From: a virus
Taxonomy: Duplodnaviria; Caudoviricetes
Virus record (IMG/VR): IMGVR_UViG_3300031162_001060
Location: 1,934 to 65,933 of that record
Strand: one strand, 5' to 3'
DNA length: 64,000 nucleotides
Shown in pieces: positions 18,748-28,738 of this stretch (positions are counted from its first letter, which is position 1; every line of letters starts with the position of its first letter). The notes under the pieces were generated by a model that saw only the letters and a program-made list of their open reading frames with translations, was not told the DNA's origin and did not search any database. The translations under genes were made by a program, and so were the position numbers.

Positions 18748-19932
18748 ATGACTAGAAAACAAATGTACCTAGATATCAACTGTGTTGAAGCCGCCCGTCA
18801 ACGTGTTCGCCACGTCTACGATATTTTTGATACGGTGTGTGTTCAGTTTAGTGGAGGCAAAGACAGCACTGCCGCTTTGTACTTAGCTAAAGAAGTGCAT
18901 GAGGAGCGGGGGTTAGGTCCGGTAAAAGCTATTTTTCGCGATGAAGAGTTTGTCTCGCCAGCAGCTATAGAATTTGTCACTGAAGTAAGTCAATACGATT
19001 GGGTAGACATGGAGTGGTATTGTCTACCGCAGTTACAAGAAGTATGGTATATGGGCATGCGGCAATTGGTGTTGCTGTGGTCGGCGTTCCGTGAAGAGTG
19101 TGGGATGCTTTTGCGAGATTTTCCAGAGAACGCTATTAGGGCAGAAGCCTTTGGGCTTTCAGGAAACATGCAACTGCCTCGTAGAATTGACGAGTACACG
19201 ATGCAGGGCAAGCGTGGCAGCGTGGCTTTCATTACGGGAGTTAGAGCAAACGAGTCGATGGTGCGTTATCGCTCTGTGACTCAGAAGCTCCACGAGAATT
19301 ATATTAACCGTCCGCAAGGGCTGCCTAAAGGGATACCTCTAAGATTTGCCAAGATTCTGTATGATTGGACATCTGATGATGTTCTTAAGTTCATTCATGA
19401 AGAGCACAATGCTTCGTACTGCAAGTACTATGACTATGCTGCTTTAGGAGGGGCTAACCAGCGTGTCGGTACTCCATTGTTTTCTACAGCAGCTAGACGT
19501 TTGACTGACGTGATCAAGACTGAACCTGAGTTTTATGACAGCTTGATAGAGCTTTACCCAGAAATTGAAACACAGGTTCATCTTTGGGGAGAGTACGATA
19601 TTGAGTTATTGGTAGAGGTGTTTTCCGATGAAGGGTGGGACGGCGTTAAAGAGTGTATTGATATTCATTTCCTAGATGAAGATTATCGACGTTATGCGCT
19701 AACATTTGCAGATAAGTTTAGATCGGCTCACAAAAAAGACCCTTATGCGTATCCGTTAGACCATCTGGTGCGAACGTTATTACTAAACGCTATCATGGGT
19801 AGCCCATCTCCAGTGGGGCCTCAAACCATTGCTCATAAGAAACGTTTGGCCCGTTATTCGATTGATGATGAGTCAATGCGATTAGCAGACGCTGATAGCC
19901 TTGACTTACAAGACGATTATAGGATAAGTTAA
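18748..19932 (+). CDS. PAPS-reductase-family PP-loop protein (IbrA-like)
   Basis: FSGGKDS PP-loop, FRDEE, GVRANESMVR, LYDWT..DV, RVGTP. Confidence 0.8.
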   Translation: MTRKQMYLDINCVEAARQRVRHVYDIFDTVCVQFSGGKDSTAALYLAKEVHEERGLGPVKAIFRDEEFVSPAAIEFVTEVSQYDWVDMEWYCLPQLQEVWYMGMRQLVLLWSAFREECGMLLRDFPENAIRAEAFGLSGNMQLPRRIDEYTMQGKRGSVAFITGVRANESMVRYRSVTQKLHENYINRPQGLPKGIPLRFAKILYDWTSDDVLKFIHEEHNASYCKYYDYAALGGANQRVGTPLFSTAARRLTDVIKTEPEFYDSLIELYPEIETQVHLWGEYDIELLVEVFSDEGWDGVKECIDIHFLDEDYRRYALTFADKFRSAHKKDPYAYPLDHLVRTLLLNAIMGSPSPVGPQTIAHKKRLARYSIDDESMRLADADSLDLQDDYRIS

Positions 19933-19936
19933 AATT

Positions 19937-20464
19937 ATGTATAAAAGTGTTGCTACTGAAAGTTTGCGTGAGTCGTTTTGGGGGTCAACTACGTATGTAG
20001 TCTCCCATGATTTTCAACGTCTAAAGGCTTCGGTTGAATCGTACGGCATCTTACAGCCGATCGTTTGTCAAGAAACAACTGATTGTATAATCGATGGATT
20101 GCATCGGTGGCGTATTGCAAAGCTATTAGATATGCCCGAAGTCCCAATCGTGTATGTAGATGTGCCAGATGAAGAGGCCGCCGTTATGCATGTGGTTCTT
20201 AATCGAAATCGTGGTTTGGTAATAAATAGATTTTTGTCTGAATTGATTCAGGAGCTGGTGCTAGTGCATGAGGTTGATGCTGAAGAACTGCAAGATCGTT
20301 TAGGATTAAACGATGAAGAGTTTAGTTTGTTGCTAGATGGGTCTTTGATTAGAATGCGTAAGATTAAAGAACATAAATATTCTCCAGCATGGGTTCCAAT
20401 TGAGTCCCCCACAGGTGAAAATATTGTAATTGAACGACCTACTGGTGATTCTGAGATAGTTTAA
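19937..20464 (+). CDS. ParB-like protein (IbrB-like)
   Basis: SVESYGILQPIV, IIDGLHR, NRNRG, LGLNDEE. Confidence 0.8.
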   Translation: MYKSVATESLRESFWGSTTYVVSHDFQRLKASVESYGILQPIVCQETTDCIIDGLHRWRIAKLLDMPEVPIVYVDVPDEEAAVMHVVLNRNRGLVINRFLSELIQELVLVHEVDAEELQDRLGLNDEEFSLLLDGSLIRMRKIKEHKYSPAWVPIESPTGENIVIERPTGDSEIV

Positions 20465-20465
20465 A

Positions 20466-20807
20466 ATGGAGAAAATGATGGAACTAAACGCCTATCAGGT
20501 AGGGGCTAAGGCTACAGCGATTTATCCTCAAGAGGCAGCTGTTGAGTATTTGACTTTAGGTCTGGCTAGTGAAGCTGGTGAAGTGGCGGATAAAGTTAAA
20601 AAGCATATTAGAGACTCAAACGGCGACTATACTAATCCTGACTTTGTATCAGCAATCACCAAAGAACTTGGCGATGTAATATGGTACGCTGCTGTCCTGT
20701 CGTGGGAACTGGGCGTGGATCTTAGTGACGTTGCGGAACAGAACATTAAAAAGCTGTACGATCGCGAAGTGCGAAATAAAATCAAGGGGTCTGGAGATGA
20801 ACGATAA
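20466..20807 (+). CDS. MazG-like nucleotide pyrophosphohydrolase
   Basis: GLASEAGEV..KVKK...KELGDVIWY...NIKKL..R...GSGDER. Confidence 0.9.
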   Translation: MEKMMELNAYQVGAKATAIYPQEAAVEYLTLGLASEAGEVADKVKKHIRDSNGDYTNPDFVSAITKELGDVIWYAAVLSWELGVDLSDVAEQNIKKLYDREVRNKIKGSGDER

Positions 20808-21738
20808 ATCTTGGGTGGATCTAGCTACTAAGGTATCTTCAGAGTGGAGTAACGACGAGATTCTGCTAAAGTCTAAAGGAGACTATAGTGTCACGTTGAG
20901 TCCAACTTTGATGCATGACGATATTATGGGTAAGATCGTTACCTTCCCTAATAGGTACATTATTAATCGTGTTAGTTTAGATCAGACTCACCGTGTAATG
21001 TGGGAAATTGTTAAAGACCGCTATTCCATTGTTCCTAATTCTACCATCATAGATAGGGCACGCGATATTGTTTTACACGCAAACGGTAGTGCGTCACTGC
21101 ACAGTTGTGGCGTCTTAGAAGAAGGGCGTAAGTTCTTTGCTGTTGTAAAGCACAGCATCACAACTCTGTTAACTGCGGCGGGTAAAGACATTATCGACAA
21201 TTACATTGTTGTTATGACTTCCCACGATGGCAGCATCCCTATTTGTTACTACAATTTAGATGTTCGTGCAGAGGCAAATACGGTGTATAGGTTTTCAGCA
21301 GACACTGATTTCAGTTTACGGAAGCGGCATACGCCTAATAGTTCCGTTGAAGCTACCGATGCTCCTGAAGCTTTACGTATGCGAGAGGCTTGGTCTGCGG
21401 CATTGGATAGTATTCTTTCAGACTTTACTGGCTCTTTTATTTCTTCAGCGGGCATGTTTAAAGTTATGGAAGAAATTTGGTCTACGCAAACTGCGTCTTC
21501 AGCTAAAAGGCGCTCTAACGCTGAAGCTGTGCATGATGAGATTAAGCGGTTGTATAGGCAGCCTCATAATATGGGAATGTTTGGCGAGACGAAGTGGGCT
21601 TTTTATAATGCCGTTATGGAGTATATCGACTTTTATAGAGATATTCCAGAGTTAGAAGCCGTCCAGCATTCTTTAGAAGTCGATAATTTTAGCCATAGGC
21701 TAAAACTGAGCGTTTTTAACGCAATACAGGCTTTGTAA
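20797..21738 (+). CDS. DUF932/DUF945-like phage protein
   Basis: GVLEEGRKFF, TSHDGS, RHT, TKWAFYNAVMEY.D. Confidence 0.7.
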   Translation: MNDKSWVDLATKVSSEWSNDEILLKSKGDYSVTLSPTLMHDDIMGKIVTFPNRYIINRVSLDQTHRVMWEIVKDRYSIVPNSTIIDRARDIVLHANGSASLHSCGVLEEGRKFFAVVKHSITTLLTAAGKDIIDNYIVVMTSHDGSIPICYYNLDVRAEANTVYRFSADTDFSLRKRHTPNSSVEATDAPEALRMREAWSAALDSILSDFTGSFISSAGMFKVMEEIWSTQTASSAKRRSNAEAVHDEIKRLYRQPHNMGMFGETKWAFYNAVMEYIDFYRDIPELEAVQHSLEVDNFSHRLKLSVFNAIQAL

Positions 21739-23055
21739 TCATAAGATTATTTCAATTTTTCTACGAAGGCCCATTCCAAGTCCAGCGCAGTGATTAAAGG
21801 CGTGTACTGTAGCGTCTACTTGGTCGTCGTGAATGCGTGCTTCAGGGAATGAAGATATTTCGTCTAAAAAGTCAGTGTTCCACTCTGCTCTAATTAAACG
21901 AACGTTTCCATTGGCTGCGGCCGCTGACAAAGGTTTGGCTCTAGTAACTTTATCACCTGTTGCGCGCTGTCCAGTAAAGTTGTATCCGGGCACAACGTAA
22001 CGGGCGTATTGGTCAATCAGGTTTTTGCCTGAAGATCCGGGTTCCTGTTCCATCATAATTGCAATTTCGGGGCCATCTTCTGCGGCTGTGGCTCTAATGA
22101 ACTTTTCAATCTTGTCGCCTTTGGCTCGGATGCGCCGGATATCCATGACATAAAAAACACCTTTGTCGAAGGCTCCTAGGCAGCCTACTGTCCAGTCAGG
22201 GTCAGGGTTAGACTGTGTGGGTTCGGTGCCTGCTAAATCCCAGAAGCGAACTATTTGTGTTTCCGTAGAAAACGAAGGTATTTCGTTGTGGTCAACAATT
22301 TCAAAGCTTTCTCTGTCAAAGAGCGACCCTAGAGTGGTTGACCACCAGTCACCAAATTCTAGTCGCTGCCTTTCGATGGGGTCTAGCTCTTGCAGCACTG
22401 AGCGGTACTTTACAGCATCAATACCGGGGTTGTCTGTAAGTAGCGATGGAATAAATATTCTCCCTTTGTCTTTACCTTCAACTAGAAAGCGCTGACGCAC
22501 CCAGTTGGGGGCAGGGTTAGTTGCTGCTCGCATACGTAAGGGTACTTGGGCTAGTGGGCCGGAAGCTGGTCCACGAAGCCGAGAGAACATGTAACGGTAA
22601 TCAGACTCTCTAATTTCAGTGACCTCGTCCATTCCAATAAACTGAAACTCGGACCCTTTGTAACGCAGGTAGTCGTTTACATTATTGAGGTACCCGAATG
22701 TTACTCTTGCTCCACTAGGGAACGTAGCGGTGTAGCTATTGGCATTCCAATGGACATCCTCGAACTGCATTGTCCAATCTCTAAATCTGTCCATCAACGC
22801 TCCTGGCAGGGCAAGGTCAGCGTAGGTCCTGCGGAATAGAATAGCTGAGTAGCCTGGAACGTCTACGTATTGCAAAGCAGCCATGATTAATGCTGAGCTT
22901 TTGCCTCCACCGGCAGCGCCGCCGAACAACACTTCTTGTTGTAGGGATTTTAAAAATACTTTTTGTGTAAGCGAGGGTTCTTCAATCCAATAGTCAGATC
23001 GTCGCGGTTCTAGGTATTCACGAATTTTAGCCCAGTCTGGAGAGGAGGTGGTCAT
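21739..23055 (-). CDS. terL: Terminase large subunit
   Basis: FGGAAGGGKS Walker A, IGMDE Walker B, ATNP, RFWDLA, EQEPGSSG, FP...HDDQVDA. Confidence 0.95.
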   Translation of the reverse strand: MTTSSPDWAKIREYLEPRRSDYWIEEPSLTQKVFLKSLQQEVLFGGAAGGGKSSALIMAALQYVDVPGYSAILFRRTYADLALPGALMDRFRDWTMQFEDVHWNANSYTATFPSGARVTFGYLNNVNDYLRYKGSEFQFIGMDEVTEIRESDYRYMFSRLRGPASGPLAQVPLRMRAATNPAPNWVRQRFLVEGKDKGRIFIPSLLTDNPGIDAVKYRSVLQELDPIERQRLEFGDWWSTTLGSLFDRESFEIVDHNEIPSFSTETQIVRFWDLAGTEPTQSNPDPDWTVGCLGAFDKGVFYVMDIRRIRAKGDKIEKFIRATAAEDGPEIAIMMEQEPGSSGKNLIDQYARYVVPGYNFTGQRATGDKVTRAKPLSAAAANGNVRLIRAEWNTDFLDEISSFPEARIHDDQVDATVHAFNHCAGLGMGLRRKIEIIL

Positions 23056-23096
23056 ATTTGCTTGAATCCTTTACATTTTCACGGTAAAGTATAGAC

Positions 23097-23255
23097 ATGA
23101 TGAAAATTTTTAATCGCAACAACATTGCTCACTTGCTAATATGTTGTTCTGTCGTTTTAATTGGTACTGGTATTAGTATACTAAGTTTAGGGTGGGGTTT
23201 AGCAAGCGCTGGCCTTACGTGCGGTCTGTACGGCTATTTATTAGGGGCTGAGTAA
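23097..23255 (+). CDS. Small two-TM membrane protein preceding portal (52 aa, not in ORF track)
   Basis: MMKIFNRNNIAHLLICCSVVLIGTGISILSLGWGLASAGLTCGLYGYLLGAE; TAATG stop/start coupling with the portal. Confidence 0.7.
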   Translation: MMKIFNRNNIAHLLICCSVVLIGTGISILSLGWGLASAGLTCGLYGYLLGAE

Positions 23256-24754
23256 TGGCATGGAATTCCACATCCAATAAATCTGCGCTCTCTGCAGGCG
23301 CAGAAATGAAAGCGGCACCTATTTCTGTAGGTGCACCTGTATCGTATAGCCCCTCTATCACCGCTAATGCGGGTTACCATGATGGGTGGGATATTAGAAA
23401 AGCTTATAGAGACGGCGTAGCGAGGGTAACGTGGGTTTTTCGCAGCATTGATGTTATTGCGTCCAACCAAGCTCGTTTGCCTATGGTGCTTAGGAAGGAC
23501 AACAATCCGTTTGGCGAGATTGTAAATGACAGCGATCTGTTAAAGTTGTTTAACAACACCGCTAATCAGGGTGAAAACGCTTTTGCTTTTAGGTTCCGTT
23601 TATCTGCTCAACTGTTAATGAGTAGCCGTGGCGTTTTTGTTGAAATTGTGCGTGGGCGCGGAGGCGATCCAATTGCGTTACATCTCTTACCTCCCAATGA
23701 TACTTCTCCTATTCCTGATGTAAAGCGGTTTGTGAAAGGCTTTGAAGTAAAGGTAGGGACGCATGAAAAGCGAACGCTTAAGCCTGAAAATGTAATTTGG
23801 ATTCGCCGCCCACATCCGCTTGATCCATACTTGTCGATGACCCCTATGGAAGCCGCTGGCGTAGCTATTGAGGTTGAAAACTTAGCAAAAATATATAACC
23901 GGAACTTTTTAATTAACGACGGTCGCCCTGGTGGGTTGCTGGTTATTCGCAGCGAAATTGATGAGGACGATAAGGATGAGTTGCGCTCTCGGTTTGCTGG
24001 TAATATTGGACGAGCAGGAGCCGTCGGAGTTATTTCAGCGGACGATGGCGCCGACTTTGTCGATACTGCAGCTAGCCCACGAGATGCTGCCTATATTCAG
24101 ATGCGCACTATTACTAAGGAAGAGATTTTAGCTGCGTTTGGTGTTCCTGAATCTATTATTGGCAACTCGTCTAACCGGACTTTTGCAAATGCATCAGAAG
24201 AAGGGAAAGTTTTCTGGATGGAAACTATGTCTCCGCATTTAGATTTGATTGCTAGGTCTTTTGATAAGATTGACGATTCGTACTATATTGATTTTGATAC
24301 TGGGAATGTTCCTACTTTAGTTTTGGCCCGCCAAGAGCGCTCTGCGCATAGTTTGTCCGAGTTCCAAATGGGCTTAATTAGCGTTAATGAGTATCGTGAG
24401 GCCATTGGTCGCAAGCGGGTTGAATCGGATATTGCTGATTCGTTGTTGGCTAATCCTAATCAGACTCCGATTGCTAATACCGAAAAGAGCCAGAAAGAGA
24501 TTGAGGCTGAGCAGAATGCTGAGATTGCTGCGGAAGGTGGCGCTTTAGGGGGCGCTCCGGGCGCTCCGGGCGCCCCTGGTGCACCTGCTGCCGGAATGGG
24601 GCAGTCGTTAGATCAGCAAAGGGCTGCAGCTTTTAATCAAGATGTAGCGGAGTTTAGTCAGGAAACTGGCACGTTTGTTCCTGCTGGTAGTGTGCAGGGC
24701 ACGGATCAGATTGAGGCGCCTGCTAGCGATATTCCTAGTGAATCTGCTCTGTAA
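23255..24754 (+). CDS. Portal protein (HK97 family)
   Basis: VFRSIDVIA...LP, NFLINDGRPGG, EILAAFGVP..IIG...TFANA, NEYRE; GAP-repeat C-terminal tail. Confidence 0.92.
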   Translation: MAWNSTSNKSALSAGAEMKAAPISVGAPVSYSPSITANAGYHDGWDIRKAYRDGVARVTWVFRSIDVIASNQARLPMVLRKDNNPFGEIVNDSDLLKLFNNTANQGENAFAFRFRLSAQLLMSSRGVFVEIVRGRGGDPIALHLLPPNDTSPIPDVKRFVKGFEVKVGTHEKRTLKPENVIWIRRPHPLDPYLSMTPMEAAGVAIEVENLAKIYNRNFLINDGRPGGLLVIRSEIDEDDKDELRSRFAGNIGRAGAVGVISADDGADFVDTAASPRDAAYIQMRTITKEEILAAFGVPESIIGNSSNRTFANASEEGKVFWMETMSPHLDLIARSFDKIDDSYYIDFDTGNVPTLVLARQERSAHSLSEFQMGLISVNEYREAIGRKRVESDIADSLLANPNQTPIANTEKSQKEIEAEQNAEIAAEGGALGGAPGAPGAPGAPAAGMGQSLDQQRAAAFNQDVAEFSQETGTFVPAGSVQGTDQIEAPASDIPSESAL

Positions 24755-24871
24755 TTTTCGTGACAACTTATATATAAATACTACTTAAACCTATTTATAT
24801 AAACCCAATAAATTAGTGTAGCGTGTGCTGCTAACATATAGTCAGAGCACCTTTGTAAACGAAGGAGAACA

Positions 24872-26431
24872 ATGTCTACGGCATTTATGGAAACTGCAGT
24901 TGAAAGGGAAGAAGACTTTACCGTTAAAGCTATTTCAGGTCAGATCGGCATTGATAAAGCTGAAGGTATTGTTGAAGCTTTCGTTTCTGGTATTGGCAAC
25001 AAGGATTCAGTTGGCGACATTGTACTTTCAGGAGCATTTAACGGGTCTCTTAAGCGTCGAAAGCCTCGTGTGGTTTGGGGGCATGACTGGAATCAGCCAA
25101 TCGGCAAGGTTTTAGAAATTTACGAAGTTACAAAAACCGACCCTAGGCTTCCAGAAAAAATGAAAAGTGCTAAAATTGGTGGTTTATACGCTAAAGTGCA
25201 GTTTAATCTAAATACTGAGCGAGGGCGAGAAGCCTTTGCTAACGTAGCTTTTTACGGGAATGAACAAGAATGGTCGATTGGGTATAAGACTTTAACTGCT
25301 GATTATGACGCCGCTTCTCAAGCAAACCTGCTTAAAGAAGTAGAATTGTATGAGATTTCTCCCGTTCTCCACGGGGCTAACCAACTTACTGGCACAATCT
25401 CTGTAAAGGACATCGAAGAAGGGTCTATTACCAAAATGCACTCGGAAAATACTGACAAGCCTTCAAATCAGGATGATTCCGTGTCATCTATGATAGCTGC
25501 AGGGCTTACACAGGCGTTACGTAAGCCTGTGAAAATTATTAAGATTGATGGCAATTCGGTTATTTTTGAAACAGGCGAAAACATGACATGGATGGCGACT
25601 TTCTCTATGGATGAGGATCGGTTGATGGTTGGTAAGCCGACTCGTGTTACGCCTAGCGTGTCTTATACCCCGGTTGGAGATTCTGCGCCACCATCCATGA
25701 TGGTTAAGGAAAACGATACGGAGCTTCCGGACTCACTTCGTGATGAAGACCCTGAGCAAGGAACTTGGGGTACTCCTAATGTTGCGTTGGCGTGGTCAAA
25801 GACGTTTGGGTGTTCTGGGTATCACTCTCATGGGGCGGGGTATCTTCCTTGTGACACTCATGAAGAGTATTTACAGGCACTGAAGCGGTTTGACGGTAAT
25901 GCTAATATTAACGCCCAGAATAACAATTTGGCAGGAGTTGAAGAGGCTAAGGATGCTGTTGGAGGTTGTTCCTGCGGGACGGAAGAAAAGGGTCATGGAG
26001 ATTATGTAAAGCGGGATAAGCCTGAGTATTTGTCTGATCCCATGGCGCTTTTGTTAATGGCTTACAATGAAATGTTGAAGCTTAGAGGCGCTGGCGAGTT
26101 GCGTGAAGCGACGTTGCGGCTTATTGCTGGTGTTGAGGATTATTTAACTTCTGCTCCTATGTCTCGTGGTGCAGAGCAGGGCGAGAAGTCCACTTCTGGG
26201 TTTATTGTGCATATCAAGTGTTCTGATACGGAAGCGCTTGATATTTCTTCTTCGCTTGTAGGCGTACCGGTGTTTTCGTTCAAGACAGATGACGGTGTTG
26301 ATGTGCATTTCTCTTCGAGCGTTGAACATGATGAACTCATGGTTAAGGTTGCTGATTCGTTAGCAGCTCTTGAGTTTGTGCCAGTTATTAGTGTTACCAG
26401 CCCCATTGACACCGATGAGGGTGTTCAATAA
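24872..26431 (+). CDS. HK97-family prohead protease with long C-terminal extension
   Basis: DSVGDIV..GAF, WGHD...PIG, WSIGY, LYEISPVLHGAN. Confidence 0.92.
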   Translation: MSTAFMETAVEREEDFTVKAISGQIGIDKAEGIVEAFVSGIGNKDSVGDIVLSGAFNGSLKRRKPRVVWGHDWNQPIGKVLEIYEVTKTDPRLPEKMKSAKIGGLYAKVQFNLNTERGREAFANVAFYGNEQEWSIGYKTLTADYDAASQANLLKEVELYEISPVLHGANQLTGTISVKDIEEGSITKMHSENTDKPSNQDDSVSSMIAAGLTQALRKPVKIIKIDGNSVIFETGENMTWMATFSMDEDRLMVGKPTRVTPSVSYTPVGDSAPPSMMVKENDTELPDSLRDEDPEQGTWGTPNVALAWSKTFGCSGYHSHGAGYLPCDTHEEYLQALKRFDGNANINAQNNNLAGVEEAKDAVGGCSCGTEEKGHGDYVKRDKPEYLSDPMALLLMAYNEMLKLRGAGELREATLRLIAGVEDYLTSAPMSRGAEQGEKSTSGFIVHIKCSDTEALDISSSLVGVPVFSFKTDDGVDVHFSSSVEHDELMVKVADSLAALEFVPVISVTSPIDTDEGVQ

Positions 26432-26461
26432 GATACTCTGTAAAGGATTTAGGAGTTTATA

Positions 26462-28534
26462 ATGAGTGAAAATCTTAACGAAGACCTTCAAAAGTTTGAA
26501 GAGATTCAGTCGCTACTAGATAGCGAAGAAAAAGGTATGCATGACGCCGAAAAGGGTGGGCATGAGGATGAAAAGGGTCAGCGTTCTATTTTCTTGACTG
26601 AGATGCGGTTTAAGGAAATGCAGGACGCTGGTGAACTTATTTCTGAAGATGCATATGCGGAGTTGGCTGAAGATGATCAACTTCTTATGGAGAAGGTCAT
26701 GGTTATGGATGAGAAGGGGAAAGAATGCATGGGCTGGGCGTTCCGTTTCAAGTCTGAAGATGACGAAGACGCCGCTGAGGAAGAAGCTGAAGCTGAAGCT
26801 GAAGAAGACGCTGAAGTTGAAGAAGACGCTGAAGCTAAAGCTGAAGTTGAAGAAGACGCTGAAGCTAAAGCTGAAGCTGAAGAAGACGCTGAAGCTAAAG
26901 CTGAAGCTGAAGAAGAAGCTGAAGAAGGCGCTGAAGTTGAAGAAGACGCTGAAGCTGAAGCTGAAGAAGACGCCGAGGAAAAGACTGATCAAGACTCCGA
27001 GACCAAATCCGATGAAGACGATAGTGGTTCTGCAGAAATTGTAGAGGAGAAAGCGGAAGTAGACGAAACCGACGCAGAAGTTAATGAGAAGGCCGCAATC
27101 ATTATGTCAATGATGCGCAAACCTCAGAGCGATAAGCCCTCAGTTTTCCTTACCGACAGTCGGTTTAAAGAAATGATGGATGATGGTGAACTGATTGAGC
27201 CAGAAGCCTACGATTCTTTAGATGATGACGCTAAGGGCGCCTATCAAGAAGTTGAGGTTTTAGAAGAAGGCACTGGTAAGGGGTATGGTCGTCGGTATCG
27301 GCGCCGCAGCCCACTAGAGATTAACGCCATGCGCAAGGCAGAAGATGACAATGCGGTTGAAGATATCTTTGAGACTGCAGAAGAAGCTTCTGAGAGAGCA
27401 TCCGCACTTGGATGTGAAGGCACCCATCGTGCAGGCAAGATGTTTATGCCGTGTTCATCCCACGATGAATGGATGGACTTAATGAAGAAAGAAAAGAAGG
27501 CTAAGGAAGAAGAAGCCGAAGCAGAAGCGGAAGCGGCCACTGCACAACGTCAAGCGCAGGCACAGGCTGCTGCACAGGGCGGAGCACCCGCTCCGACGCA
27601 GATGCCTGAAATGAAGACGGATGAGTTCTTGTGTGGGTTTAGTCGCAAGTCTGTAGAGCAGCCTTGTGACTTCTGTGAAGGAGGGTGTATGCCAACTGAA
27701 GATCTGCCAGGTTTATCCGATATTGAAACTCGGGTAAAGTCGTTGCATGAAGGCTCGGAAATTATCGGGTCGGGATATTCAACCCCAGACGACATTTATG
27801 TTGTTGATGTTAAGCGTGCCGACGATTCCACGATTCAAGTGTTCTTGTCTGGTGAAGGCGAAGAGCTGGGGTGGATTCGGATCGATGAGGCAGAACTTGA
27901 AGGCAAGTCAGGCGAGTTTGAGGATATTGTGTCTCAGGCTGACGCTGAGAAGGCTGCAGTGGATGCTTTGTCTGATCTGGAAATCAAGGGCGATGTCATG
28001 GGCGTTATGGTTGATGTGTTTGCCAATCAAGATGTTTATGTCGTTGAAGTTGACACTTCAGAGAAGAGCTACGATGTGTTCGTGTCGCCTGAAGGCAAGG
28101 TTCTGGGCTTTGATGAGTATGAAGTTGAAGATCCGTTTGGTTATGACCTGAGCGAAGAAGATGAAATTAAGGCGTTAGAGGCCGAGTTGCAGATTAAGCG
28201 TATGTACTCCCGTGAGCAGCGTGAGGCGATGGCCGAGTCAGGCGAGGCTTTAGAGGATGGATCTTTCCCGATTGCGGATGTTGCTGATCTTGATAATGCT
28301 ATTCAGGCGTTTGGGCGAGCTAAGGATAAGGAAGCCGCCAAGAAGCACATTATGAAGCGTGCTAAGGATCTTGGCAAAATGGACATGATTCCTACCGACT
28401 GGACAGAAGATGAGGGAGATGCTGCTCCTGCTGCTCCTGCCCCAGCCGAGGCTGACGGCGAAAAGATGGATGATCCTGAGCTGCTTGATGCTTTAGCTGA
28501 GTTTCAGCGAATGATGGAAAGCGACGAAATCTGA
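26462..28534 (+). CDS. Very acidic multi-module head protein (scaffold/internal-like), with PepSY-like repeats and a DGSFPI module
   Basis: E/D/A-rich, internal duplication SxFLTxxRFKEM, GCEGTH..MPC motif, YVVEV..YDVFV...GKVLG, DGSFPI; promoter TTGACA-17-TAAGAT at 26406-26434. Confidence 0.7.
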   Translation: MSENLNEDLQKFEEIQSLLDSEEKGMHDAEKGGHEDEKGQRSIFLTEMRFKEMQDAGELISEDAYAELAEDDQLLMEKVMVMDEKGKECMGWAFRFKSEDDEDAAEEEAEAEAEEDAEVEEDAEAKAEVEEDAEAKAEAEEDAEAKAEAEEEAEEGAEVEEDAEAEAEEDAEEKTDQDSETKSDEDDSGSAEIVEEKAEVDETDAEVNEKAAIIMSMMRKPQSDKPSVFLTDSRFKEMMDDGELIEPEAYDSLDDDAKGAYQEVEVLEEGTGKGYGRRYRRRSPLEINAMRKAEDDNAVEDIFETAEEASERASALGCEGTHRAGKMFMPCSSHDEWMDLMKKEKKAKEEEAEAEAEAATAQRQAQAQAAAQGGAPAPTQMPEMKTDEFLCGFSRKSVEQPCDFCEGGCMPTEDLPGLSDIETRVKSLHEGSEIIGSGYSTPDDIYVVDVKRADDSTIQVFLSGEGEELGWIRIDEAELEGKSGEFEDIVSQADAEKAAVDALSDLEIKGDVMGVMVDVFANQDVYVVEVDTSEKSYDVFVSPEGKVLGFDEYEVEDPFGYDLSEEDEIKALEAELQIKRMYSREQREAMAESGEALEDGSFPIADVADLDNAIQAFGRAKDKEAAKKHIMKRAKDLGKMDMIPTDWTEDEGDAAPAAPAPAEADGEKMDDPELLDALAEFQRMMESDEI
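26760..26982 (+). repeat. Degenerate tandem repeat (GAAGCT-based, ~30-bp units encoding EEDAEAKAEV/A)
   Basis: Repeated gaagaagacgctgaagctaaagctgaag(t/c)t units. Confidence 0.9.
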
Positions 28535-28552
28535 TCTTAGGGGGGTCGTATA

Positions 28553-28738
28553 ATGCTACCTTCCGTGCCGGGAAGACGAGTTGATTTAGCAAACGAAGCG
28601 TTACATCGAATAGGAAGTAAAGCTGCGCTAGGGTGTGGCTCTGCACAGAAAACGTTAGAATATTATTATGACAACGGGGTTTTAGTGGAGCGAGTTGCTC
28701 TCTCTATTGAAGGGGATTCAGCAGATAATGTTAAGTGA
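28553..28738 (+). CDS. Small hypothetical protein
   Basis: Fills the gap between two large genes and overlaps the next start. Confidence 0.5.
   Translation: MLPSVPGRRVDLANEALHRIGSKAALGCGSAQKTLEYYYDNGVLVERVALSIEGDSADNVK

Noticed and set aside
18748-19932. Sulfur-assimilation auxiliary gene cysH
   Set aside because: Length, ParB neighbours and lack of the C-terminal ECGLH motif fit the IbrA-like group instead
26516-27044. Alternative-frame ORFs (poly-FS and poly-LK)
   Set aside because: Shadows of the GAAGCT tandem repeat in the acidic gene
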